A DNA stretch of 61,925 nt, filler included, from Coriobacteriales bacterium (GTDB taxonomy: Bacteria; Actinomycetota; Coriobacteriia; Coriobacteriales; UBA8131), in assembly GCA_031263105.1 (NCBI GenBank). It is 6 parts of 6 records of this genome, joined end to end, with 100 filler letters (N's around TTAATTAATTAA, not from the genome) between each part and the next. Parts side by side here need not be neighbours in the genome. Positions count along the whole stretch, not along the records: positions 7,835 to 33,070 come from JAISGJ010000055.1; positions 33,171 to 46,708 come from JAISGJ010000057.1; 4 more parts are not named here. One strand, 5' to 3'. Both the position numbers and the translations under genes were made by a program. Under the pieces are notes generated by a model that saw only the letters and a program-made list of their open reading frames with translations, did not search any database and had not been told where the DNA came from. Below are positions 31,679 to 40,700 of this stretch, in pieces. Positions within the stretch are counted from its first letter, which is position 1, and every line of letters begins with the position of its first letter.

Positions 31679-32139
31679 GGCGCGGGTATCAGGTCGTCAG
31701 GGTCCGGGACGGCAGGGACGGCGTCCCGGATGCCGAAGAACTCGTCCAGCGTCTGCGTCAGCCAGGTCTCCGGGACATCCACCGCGTCGGGCCCGACGGC
31801 AGGGGGCAGGCCCGTCGAGCTGTCGGAGACCTTGAGGCCGGTGATGTTGACGGCCTCCTCCCCTTCCTTCACCCATCCGAACTCCTCGCGCGCGCGGTCC
31901 TCTATGCCCTCGGGGGTCTGAAGGTCCTCTATCTGTCGCCTGATGCGCTCGTTGCGGTCAAGCACCGCTTGGTATTCCGCAGAGACCTGCTCGTTCTCGC
32001 GCATCACCAGGTAATACTCGCGTGCCACGGGATACAGCATGAACGCCATGAACGCCAGGCAGAAGAGGGCGGCCACAGCGACGATGGCTGCGACGGGGGC
32101 ACGGGGCACGGCCCTCTCTGTCGTGTTCCTTTTCGTCAT
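31675..32139 (-). CDS. Septum formation initiator (DivIC/FtsB family)
   Basis: TM, coiled coil, then LQTPEGIEDRAREEFGWVKEGE. Confidence 0.85.
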   Translation of the reverse strand: MTKRNTTERAVPRAPVAAIVAVAALFCLAFMAFMLYPVAREYYLVMRENEQVSAEYQAVLDRNERIRRQIEDLQTPEGIEDRAREEFGWVKEGEEAVNITGLKVSDSSTGLPPAVGPDAVDVPETWLTQTLDEFFGIRDAVPAVPDPDDLIPAP

Positions 32140-32165
32140 GCCGACACGGCCCTCGGGCTTCGGGC

Positions 32166-32747
32166 CTATCCTTCCAGCGGTTCGACCTGCGGCTTTATGA
32201 TGCCGTAGCTTCCGTCCCGGCGACGGTACATCACGTTGACCAGGCCGTCTGCGCTGTTCGTGTAGACATAGAAGTCATGGCCGAGCAAGTCGAGATGGAT
32301 GAGCGCCTCCCCCTCGGTGAGCGCATCGAGCCTGAGCTCCTTCACACGGACGACCTGGTCGACGTCCTCCAGATGCTCCTTGCGCCCTGATGTGGCGGCG
32401 TCCTCGGGCGGGAGCGCCTCGACGAGCTTCTTGGCATGGAGCCTGCGGTCGAGGACCCTGGTCTTGTACTTGCGCAGCTGGCGCTCGGCCTTCGCCGCTG
32501 CCACGTCGATGGCCGCGTACATGTCCTCCTCGGACTCCTCGGTGCGGATGATGTGCCCTTTTGTCCTGATGGTGACCTCGGCGATCGCCGGCCGGGGGTT
32601 CGAGGGGTTCCGCTCCTTGCGCAACACGACCTCGGCGACCATGGGGGTGATGTTGAACACCTTGACCGAGTTCCCTATCTTCTCCTCGACGTATTCCCGC
32701 AATGACTCGCTGACGGTCATCTTCCGACCTGTGACGGTTATCTCCAT
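32166..32747 (-). CDS. hpf: Ribosome hibernation promoting factor (long HPF)
   Basis: MEITVTGR..LREYVEEK, DMYAAID, ERQLRKYK, LLGHDFYVY, YRRRDGSYGII. Confidence 0.95.
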   Translation of the reverse strand: MEITVTGRKMTVSESLREYVEEKIGNSVKVFNITPMVAEVVLRKERNPSNPRPAIAEVTIRTKGHIIRTEESEEDMYAAIDVAAAKAERQLRKYKTRVLDRRLHAKKLVEALPPEDAATSGRKEHLEDVDQVVRVKELRLDALTEGEALIHLDLLGHDFYVYTNSADGLVNVMYRRRDGSYGIIKPQVEPLEG

Positions 32748-32859
32748 GAGGGCTCCCTTGCTTACGGTACCGTTGCTGGCTGTACCTCATCAGCATACCG
32801 GTTTTTCCCGCCCTGCGCCTGCGAGCGTCCTTCGGCGTAACCGACTCGCCACCCATACG

Positions 32860-33070
32860 GTTACCGTTCACACCCCGCTGCCGCCCCGGCCCTGCCCCCG
32901 CTGCCGCCCCGGCCCTGCCCCCGCTGCCGCCCCGGCCCCCCGCTGCCGCCCCGGCCCTGCCCCCGCTGCCGCCCCGAGCCTGCCGAGGGATCCTCGACTG
33001 CGAAGCAGGCGACCGAAGCACCTTCTGCTCGCAGTCGGCCGCTGCGCGGCCGAAGATCCCTCGGCAGGCT
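32860..33070. mobile_element. Nested palindromic element, core type B, truncated at contig end
   Basis: GTTACCGTTCACACCCC, tandem CCGCTGCCGCCCCGGCC units, GAGCCTGCCGAGGGATCC...GATCCCTCGGCAGGCT. Confidence 0.8.
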
Positions 33071-33170
33071 NNNNNNNNNNNNNNNNNNNNNNNNNNNNNN
33101 NNNNNNNNNNNNNNTTAATTAATTAANNNNNNNNNNNNNNNNNNNNNNNNNNNNNNNNNNNNNNNNNNNN
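33071..33170. other. Artificial contig linker
   Basis: N/TTAATTAATTAA/N, 100 nt. Confidence 0.98.
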
Positions 33171-33213
<43 letters not shown>

Positions 33214-33267
33214 AGGAACGCACGGAAGGGCCTGCGGGGCTCTCGCGTTGCCTCGGCCAAACACGCG

Positions 33268-34017
33268 TCACCGGGGCTGGATCAGGCCGTACCTCAGTTT
33301 GATGCGGTCGAGCTTCTCGAGCAGGGGGCGGGCGATCGCCAAGAGGAAGACCACCGTTGCGAGGGCATGCACGAGGTTGAAGGGGACGCCTTGGACATAG
33401 GCGACGAGGAACATCTCCCAAGTCGGGGCCGGCTGGAACATCAGCACCGACGCGGTGTCCATGATGCCGCCGTACAGGAACAGGGCCGCAAGGGCGCCGA
33501 ACAGCGCCAACGCCCCCCTGCCGCGCGGGAGCAGGCCCTTTTGGAAGAGCACTCCCGCAAGGAAGCCGATGACGCCGAAGGCGAACATCTGCCAAGGGGT
33601 CCAGGGCCCCTGCCCGAAGAACATGTTGCTGACAAACCCCGTCATCGCGCCGACGAGGAAGCCCGACTCGCCCCCGAAGGCCACGGCGGCGACGATGACG
33701 AGGGCTATGACGGGCTTGAACTGGGGCAGCATGAAGAAGGCGACCCTCCCGGCCACCGCAAGCGCACAGAGCACGGCGATGACCACGACCTCGCGGGCCT
33801 GGGGCCTGCGCCCCTCGAACACGAACACGAAGGGCAGCATGGCCTCGACGAGCACCAGCAGCGAGACCAGATAGTACCTGCGGTCGTCGAGGAAGGCGAT
33901 GCCGACGAAGATGGTCAGCGGTATGGCGACAAGCACCATGGCCGTCGCCAGCAGCGTCCGCCCCGACAGGCCTTGGAGGAGAGAGGGCGCGGCGGGGGCA
34001 GGAGAACGGGCGGGCAA
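33268..34017 (-). CDS. ECF transporter S component (CbrT-like); probably the C-terminal part of a frameshifted ATPase-S fusion
   Basis: PQFKPVIALVI, GFLVGAMTGFVSNMFFGQGPWTPWQM, FNLVHA; weak TTG start overlapping the ATPase. Confidence 0.85.
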   Translation of the reverse strand: MPARSPAPAAPSLLQGLSGRTLLATAMVLVAIPLTIFVGIAFLDDRRYYLVSLLVLVEAMLPFVFVFEGRRPQAREVVVIAVLCALAVAGRVAFFMLPQFKPVIALVIVAAVAFGGESGFLVGAMTGFVSNMFFGQGPWTPWQMFAFGVIGFLAGVLFQKGLLPRGRGALALFGALAALFLYGGIMDTASVLMFQPAPTWEMFLVAYVQGVPFNLVHALATVVFLLAIARPLLEKLDRIKLRYGLIQPR

Positions 34018-35918
34018 GGGGGGCGCACTTGACGGGTGACAGCGGGGACTGTGACAGCGGGGACGGTGTGACAGTCCCCGCTGTCACCAACCGTGCCGTC
34101 CCCCCTGTCACCGCCGCCCTGACACCTGTCCTCCCCCGCCCTGTGCCCGCTCTCGGCGAGGCCCTCGACCACATCCGAAACGGTGACCGCCTTGGGGAAG
34201 ACGTGCCGGGCCATCCGGTTCGCGGCCGTGGTGTAGAAGCTGTTGCCGGAGAAGAAGTCCTGCGGCGGGCCCTCGGCCACCACCTCCCCCTCGAAGACGA
34301 GGGCGCAGCGGTCCGCGTGCTCGGCACAGAACTCCCGGTCGTGGCTGACCATGAGCACCGCCGCCCCCGCTGCCGTCAGGGTGCGCAACAGGGCGGCAAA
34401 GGCCACCTTGAAGTCGGCGTCGAAGCCCTTGGTGGGCTCGTCGAGCAGCAGTATGCGCGGCCGCAGCAGCAAGACCTTCGCCAATGCCGCACGCTGCTGC
34501 TCGCCGCCCGAGAGGTCATAGGGATGGGAGGCGAGCAGGCCGTCGAGCCTGCACAGCCCCGCCATATGCCGCACCTGCTCCTCCCGCTCCTCTCGGGAAA
34601 GCCCCGACGCCGCAAGCATCTCCCCGAGGTCGTCTGCGACGGTCCTGCCGACGAACAGCGTCTGGGGGTCCTGCGGAAGGACGCCGAGCAGCCTGTCGAA
34701 CAGACGGCCCGCAGGAATCCTCCGCAGGTCCTGTCCCTCGACCAGGACCGTGCCCCGATACGGCCTCTGAAGCCCTGCGACGAGCGAGAGCATGGTGGTC
34801 TTCCCGGTGCCGTTGCCGCCGAGCACGGCGGTGACCTGTCCCGGACAGGCCTTGAGCGAGAGGCCCTGCAACACGTCGGGCGAGTCCTTCCCGTACCGGA
34901 ACCAGACCTCCTTGAGCTCGACCGCAGGGAAGGAGGAGGATGTCGATGCCGCGAGGGCAACGGGGACCGGGAGGCTGTCGGCGAGGACGGCGGGGAGCGG
35001 GGATGCAGACGGAGCATCCGGGGCGAGCGCGGGCGGCGCATCCGACCCGAGAGCAGCTGCGGGCGCTGCGGCATCCGGCGCGCTGCGGCCTCCGAGCATC
35101 TCATCCAGCCACTCGCGGCCGTCGCGGACGGTAAGGGGGCAGGGCAGGCCGTTCGGCACCGCCGCCCACACCCGCACAGGGGCCGACATGGCACGGAACA
35201 TCCCGCTGTGCGCCAGGCGCAGCTGCTCGGCCACCTCCCTGGGGGCGCCGTCGGCGACGATGCGCCCCCGCTCCATGACGACGACGCGGGACGCCAGGGG
35301 AAGCGCCTCCTCGAGCCGGTGCTCCGTGAGGATGACGGTGGTGCCCAGCTCGCGGTTGACCCTGCCGAGCGTCTGGAGGAACTCGGCTGCGGCGATGGGG
35401 TCGAGCTGGCCCGTCGGCTCGTCGCAGATGAGGACGCGCGGCTGCATGGCCATGACGGAGGCGAGCGCAAGGAGCTGCTTCTGCCCGCCGGACAGCTCGG
35501 ACACCTGCCGGTGGAACCAGGTCTGTATGCCGAGGAACGAGGCCATCTCCGCCACGCGCAGACGTATCGTGGGGCTGTCGTGTCCCAGGCCCTCGAGCCC
35601 GAAGGCGAGCTCGTGGTAGACCCGGTCGGCGACCATCTGGTCGTCGGGGCCCTGCATCACGAAGCCGATGTCTGCGGCCTCGCTGCGCGGGTCTTGGGCC
35701 TCAAGGGGCGTCCCGGCGTAGCGTATCCTCCCCTCCCTTCTTCCATGGGGGGCAAGCGAGGGCTTGAGATGGCGCAGCAGGGTCGTCTTCCCGCAGCCGG
35801 AGGGGCCGCAGAGCACGACGAACTCCCCTTGTCCGACGAGCAGGTCGACCCCGTCGAGCGCAGGCGCCTGCCGCGTGGGATAGAAGAAGGTCAGATGCTC
35901 GACCGCGAACGCTTCCAC
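33915..35918 (-). CDS. ECF transporter duplicated ABC ATPase
   Basis: Two NBDs: GPSGCGKTT/LSGGQKQ/DEPT and [24 protein letters not shown] start (VEAFAVEHLTF). Confidence 0.9.
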   Translation of the reverse strand: MEAFAVEHLTFFYPTRQAPALDGVDLLVGQGEFVVLCGPSGCGKTTLLRHLKPSLAPHGRREGRIRYAGTPLEAQDPRSEAADIGFVMQGPDDQMVADRVYHELAFGLEGLGHDSPTIRLRVAEMASFLGIQTWFHRQVSELSGGQKQLLALASVMAMQPRVLICDEPTGQLDPIAAAEFLQTLGRVNRELGTTVILTEHRLEEALPLASRVVVMERGRIVADGAPREVAEQLRLAHSGMFRAMSAPVRVWAAVPNGLPCPLTVRDGREWLDEMLGGRSAPDAAAPAAALGSDAPPALAPDAPSASPLPAVLADSLPVPVALAASTSSSFPAVELKEVWFRYGKDSPDVLQGLSLKACPGQVTAVLGGNGTGKTTMLSLVAGLQRPYRGTVLVEGQDLRRIPAGRLFDRLLGVLPQDPQTLFVGRTVADDLGEMLAASGLSREEREEQVRHMAGLCRLDGLLASHPYDLSGGEQQRAALAKVLLLRPRILLLDEPTKGFDADFKVAFAALLRTLTAAGAAVLMVSHDREFCAEHADRCALVFEGEVVAEGPPQDFFSGNSFYTTAANRMARHVFPKAVTVSDVVEGLAESGHRAGEDRCQGGGDRGDGTVGDSGDCHTVPAVTVPAVTRQVRPPCPPVLLPPPRPLSSKACRGGRCWRRPWCLSPYR
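34035..34112. repeat. Palindromic GTGACAGCGGGGAC repeat cluster
   Basis: GGTGACAGCGGGGACTGT (34035-34052) pairs perfectly with ACAGTCCCCGCTGTCACC (34071-34088); the unit is duplicated at a 15-bp period and a further inverted copy lies at 34097-34112. Confidence 0.75.
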
Positions 35919-36787
35919 AGACAGCCTTCCTGGAGGTCGATGGCGAGCGGCATGGCGCACAGGGCGAGATAGCAGGCGAAGAGGCCGACGGCCGCAGGGT
36001 CGGCCCAAGCCCCTGTCACCAGGGGGAAGTACTGGAAGCGCAGGCCGCCGAGCAGCGCCCCGACGACGAGGCAGCCGCCGCAGACGCCCAGGAACACGAG
36101 GGCCGCCAGGTCCCTGCGCCTGATGCGGTAGGCCGAGAATGCCGTGCGCCCCGCAAGGCCGAAGCCGCGTGCCCTCATGCTGTCGGCCGTCCCGACGGCG
36201 TTCTCCAGCGCCCACGTGACCATGATGGAGAGCATCCGCATCCCCTGGCGTGCACGTGCGCGGACGGTGCCCTGCGAGACGTCCCTGCCGACGCAGCGCT
36301 GTGCATCGGCTATCGCCCGGATCTGCGCCCGATAGCGCGGCACGAGGCGCAGGGAGAGGGAGAGGACGAGCGAGAGCGCAGGGACGACGCGCCCGAACAG
36401 GTACACGAGCTTGTCCGAGGTCATCACCGTGTTGAAGCACGAGAACCAGCTTATGACCGTGACCAGCATCGATGCCGCCGCCAGGCCATAGAGGACGGAC
36501 TCGAGCGTCAGGGGGTTGCCGCTGGGGAGATAGCCGAGGACCGTCACGCCCGCATGGTTGAAGGCGGGGTTCAGCAACGCCGTGACGACGAGCACGGGGA
36601 GCAGGAAGCGCAGGCCGAGGCGCAGGGCCGCCCTCCCGTTGAGACGGATCGCGTAGGCGGACGCGCACGCGAAGGAGAGCCCCAGACAGACCGGGTGCAT
36701 GAGGAACATGCCACAGGAGATGACAAGGACGAAGAAGAGCAGGCTCACCGCCGGATGGTAGGCCGCAAGGCCGTCTGTGGCCCTCAT
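35891..36787 (-). CDS. ecfT: ECF transmembrane component T
   Basis: YHPAV..FF, GNPLTLESVLYG, SLRLVP, TADSMRARGFG. Confidence 0.9.
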   Translation of the reverse strand: MRATDGLAAYHPAVSLLFFVLVISCGMFLMHPVCLGLSFACASAYAIRLNGRAALRLGLRFLLPVLVVTALLNPAFNHAGVTVLGYLPSGNPLTLESVLYGLAAASMLVTVISWFSCFNTVMTSDKLVYLFGRVVPALSLVLSLSLRLVPRYRAQIRAIADAQRCVGRDVSQGTVRARARQGMRMLSIMVTWALENAVGTADSMRARGFGLAGRTAFSAYRIRRRDLAALVFLGVCGGCLVVGALLGGLRFQYFPLVTGAWADPAAVGLFACYLALCAMPLAIDLQEGCLWKRSRSSI

Positions 36788-37740
36788 CCCTGCACGATCC
36801 CTCCGGCTCCGAGGTCCCGTCCCAGGTCGCAGGTGTAGTTCCACTGTATGACGTCGCCGTCGCCGAGCACGTATGCGCTGCATCCGTAGTTCGGGTACCA
36901 GCCGTTGACGCAGTACATCCAGCCGGACAGCTCCCCCACGTCGAACTCGTACAGGTTCCCTATCCCCTCGACATAGGCGCTGTTGTACAGCGGGACGTAG
37001 CTGGACTCCATGTGGATGCCGCTGGCCCTCGTCTCGCGTGCCAGAACGTCGTAGACGGTCTCGCCCTCCGTGAAGGCGACGCTGCGGCCCGCCATGAGCA
37101 CCCCGTCCGAGGGCACGAGGCCCGCCTTGGCCGGATCGAGCAGGCCTTGGTTGCCGAGGATGGTCGAGCAGCCGATGGAGAGGGTGCAGCTGAGTTGTGA
37201 GGATGGGGAGGAGGACGGGGCGTTGGGGGCGGGGGCGTTGGGGGCGGGGTTGGAAGCGCTGGGCAGGGCATCGGTGGCGGTGGGGGTGTCGGGGGCGGCG
37301 CTGCCGGTGGTGGCGCCTGTGGCGTTGCCGGAGCCGGAGCCGGCGCCGACAGCGCCGTTGCTGGAAACGCCGTTGCTGCCACTGGAGCTGGGAACGGAGT
37401 CCGTGGGAGCCGAGGTGCCCTGGGTGTCGGCACTGCCGGAACCGGAGGCGCCAGGGCCGCTGGTGTTGGACGGAACAGGGGCGACAGGGTCGTCGGCATC
37501 GGTGGAGACCGCCCCGGCGCTTCGCGCCGCCCCTCCCGATGCCGCAGCGGCATCCGTGCCCGTTGCCCCTGCTGCGGTGCCCTTCGATGCCGTCGTGCTC
37601 TCGGCGACAGGCCCGTCGCCCCCGACCGCCCCCGGCGTGTCGGCGCCTCCGCTGAAGGCGAGGGGCGCCAGGCCGTATATGCCGATTATCAGGGCGACGG
37701 CGATGCCGGCGCCTATGAGGATGCTGCTCCGTTTCAACAT
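36784..37740 (-). CDS. Membrane-anchored DUF4430 (transcobalamin beta-domain-like) protein
   Basis: N-terminal TM, S/G/A/P linker, GETVYDVL..YVEGIGNLYEFDVGELSGWMYCVNGWYPNYGCS..GDVIQW.YT. Confidence 0.88.
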   Translation of the reverse strand: MLKRSSILIGAGIAVALIIGIYGLAPLAFSGGADTPGAVGGDGPVAESTTASKGTAAGATGTDAAAASGGAARSAGAVSTDADDPVAPVPSNTSGPGASGSGSADTQGTSAPTDSVPSSSGSNGVSSNGAVGAGSGSGNATGATTGSAAPDTPTATDALPSASNPAPNAPAPNAPSSSPSSQLSCTLSIGCSTILGNQGLLDPAKAGLVPSDGVLMAGRSVAFTEGETVYDVLARETRASGIHMESSYVPLYNSAYVEGIGNLYEFDVGELSGWMYCVNGWYPNYGCSAYVLGDGDVIQWNYTCDLGRDLGAGGIVQG

Positions 37741-37757
37741 GATGCCCTCCCGGGGAC

Positions 37758-40700
37758 TCAGACCTGGGCGACCCCCTCCCTGCGCACTCGTCTGAGGGTC
37801 ACCGTCCTCGTCAGCAGGATGGTCGTGAGGACAAGCGCCACCATGAGGGCCGCGATGCCGAGCATGACGCGCGGCGTCAACACGATGCCGCCTGCGCCTT
37901 CCTGCGTCCCATCGGGCAAAAGGCCGCTCAGGGGCGTGGGGTCGTCCTCGATGGCCGTCGGGGCCGCAGTGCCCTGCGCGGTCGCAGCGGCTCCCGGCGC
38001 AGCGCCGCGCCCGACCTGGGCGCTGCCGTCGGCGCTGCCGGCGGCAGCCGGGCCGGAACCGCCGCTGCCCGCCTGTGCGCCGCTGCCGCCCTGCTGCCCG
38101 GCGCCATCGCCGCTGCCGCCACCCGGCTGCCCGGTGCCGCCGTCGCCTGGCTGCCCGCCGCCGCCCTCTCCTGGCTGCGCGGTCCCGCCCGGCTGCGCGG
38201 TGCCCGGCCGGTCCGTGCCGTCCGCCGTCGTGCCGTCGCCCGGTCGCGCGGTTCCGTCCGCCGCCGTGCCGCCGCTGCCCGGCTTCGCGCCGCCCTGCTC
38301 GCCGCTGCCCGGCTGCCCCGTGCCTCCCTGCTCGCCGCCGCCTGCCTGTGCGCCGCCGCCCGGCTGCCCGGTGCCGCCCGCAGGGTATGCGACGAGCGTC
38401 ACGTCGCTCATGTCGTACAGGGAGGTCGCGCCGGTGAGCGCACGGCGGAGCGCCGCAAGCGCATAGGTGCCCTGCCCGGTTGCCATGACATCGACGCTCC
38501 CGCCTGCCACATGCCTGAAGCCCCCGCTCCCTGCGTCGTAATAGGACATGAGCACGTCGTAGACCGTATGCCCCCCTTTGACGAAGCGCGCGTCGTTGAG
38601 CGGGATGCCGAGCGCACACAGGGCGACCACCACCTGGGCTGCGCTCTCGCAGTTGGGGGCGCCCATGCTCGAGAAGCCGCCGTCGGCGCGCTGGAGCGAG
38701 GAGAGCGCACCCAGCGCACGGCCGAGCGCCGCGTCAAGGACGGCGTTGCCCCTGCCCGCGTAGGGCGCCAGGGCCTGGAGGGCCATGGCCGTCATGTCGG
38801 GGTCGGCGGTGCTTGCGGACATGCCCCATCCGCCACCCGAGAGCTCGCGCGAGAGGAGGTAGGCGATGAGCCTCCCCCGGACGTCCTGGCCGTCCGTCGC
38901 CGTCCCGCCCGCAGGCGTCGCCAGGCCGTCGGCCTGATAGCCGCCGCTGTCGAGGGCAAGGAGCGCGAAGATGGGGCCGTTGACGCCCTGGCGGATGACC
39001 ATGGCGTAATCGGTCAGCGGAGCCGTGAGGTCGAAGCCCGCAAAGCTGCTCGCGTCCACGCCGAGCGCGGTGAGCGCAAGGACGGTACGCGCGTACTCGG
39101 TGTACTTCGTCGCGCTGAGCACGCCGCCTGCGGCCGTCACCTGCGTCGCAAGGTCGTCGAGGTAGGCCTTTTTGGATTGCTCGTCCATCTGTCCGCCCCG
39201 GGCAAGGCCGACGGCCAGCCAGTCCCTGTGGATGCCGACAGGCAGCGCACCGACCGTGCCCTGCGCGTGCCCGGCAGCTGCCGCATAGGCGGCCTCGACC
39301 TCTGCGACCGTGGGCGCAGGGACGGCGGGGGCCGGCGGGGCCGGCTTCCGCTCAAGGCCGTTGATGGCATCGACGAGCGCGGCGGCGGCCCCGTCGATCG
39401 CAGGCTGCCCGGCGGCTCCGTCGCCCAAGACGGCCTTGGCCGCGCCAAGCGCCTCCTGGAAGGCCCGCCAGCTCTCGGCGGTGTAGTCGGCCTCGTCAAG
39501 CGTGTCGGCGGCTGCGCAGGCCCGCCCCAGCGCGTCCTTGTCGGGTGCGGGGGCCACCTCAAGGTCCGCGAGGCAGACGGTCGGCAGGACGCAGTAGGTG
39601 CCCGAGTTCGCCCCGGCGGTCATGTTGATCTCAAGGCCGTTGTCGTAGTCGGCGGTGCGGTGCGCACCTGCGCCTGAGCCCAGATGCGAGTCCGCTATCG
39701 AACCGCCGGACCGTAACGGCGCGCCCGCCAGATGCGCCTCGGTCAGGGTTATCTCGTCGTCGTACTCGGCCGTCTTCGCGTAGCCCTGCGGGTTGTAGAT
39801 GCCGCTCATCTTCGGCACGGGGTAGGCGGGGATGCGCCCGCCGTACAGCACCCTGACCGTGTCTCCCGCCTGAAGCTCCCGGTCCGTGACGTCGGTCACG
39901 ACGCGGACGCTGCCGCCCCTGATCACCTGATAGATGACGGCGCCGTCCCTTACGGCCTTGACGATGTTGTTGCCGGGCCAGATCGTCAGCTTGCCGTCCG
40001 TGACGGTGTGCAGGCTGCCTGCGACGTCGGGGTTGTATGCCGTGACGTCCGCCTGGCCGCTGCCGGAGAGCCGCACGTCGATCTCTGCATTCGCCCCCGT
40101 GAAGAACCAGGTGTCGAACTCCGCGTCCCACGTGCCGTATGCCGCCCCTGGCCGCTGCACCTGGACGGAGGCCGCAGAGCTGCTCCCGCCGACCGTGACG
40201 ACGACGATGCCCTTGCGCTCCGGGTTGACCGCGCCGAAGCGTCCGCCCGACGGGCTGTACGTGGACCCGAAGACGTCGATCGCGTCATAGCTCACCTCGA
40301 TGACGGCCGTTCCTGCCTTCAGGGCCCTGACGTCCGTCCAGTTGCTGTTGATGGCGTCGTGCGGCGTCAGGTCAAGGACGTCCGAGCCTTCGAGCAGCCT
40401 GAAGTGGAAGTCCGGCTCGATCATCTTGTTCATCCAGTCGCTGTTGATGATCTCCCACATGCGGAAGCAGCGCAGCTTGAAGGTCCCGCCGACGCCCATC
40501 TGCAGATGGTTGCCGCCGCCGGGGATGTTCATGAGCAGGGAGTTCCCGTCGCGGTCCGGCTGCATGGTCGTGACGGTGTCGCCCGGGTCCTCGTAGCCGT
40601 CGAAGGTGAGGACCGTGCCCAGCTGCCCCAGGCCCCAGCCCGCCTTGGTGACCTTGCCCGGCAGGGTCGCACGCCAGATGGGGCTGCTGCCCCTGAAGGA

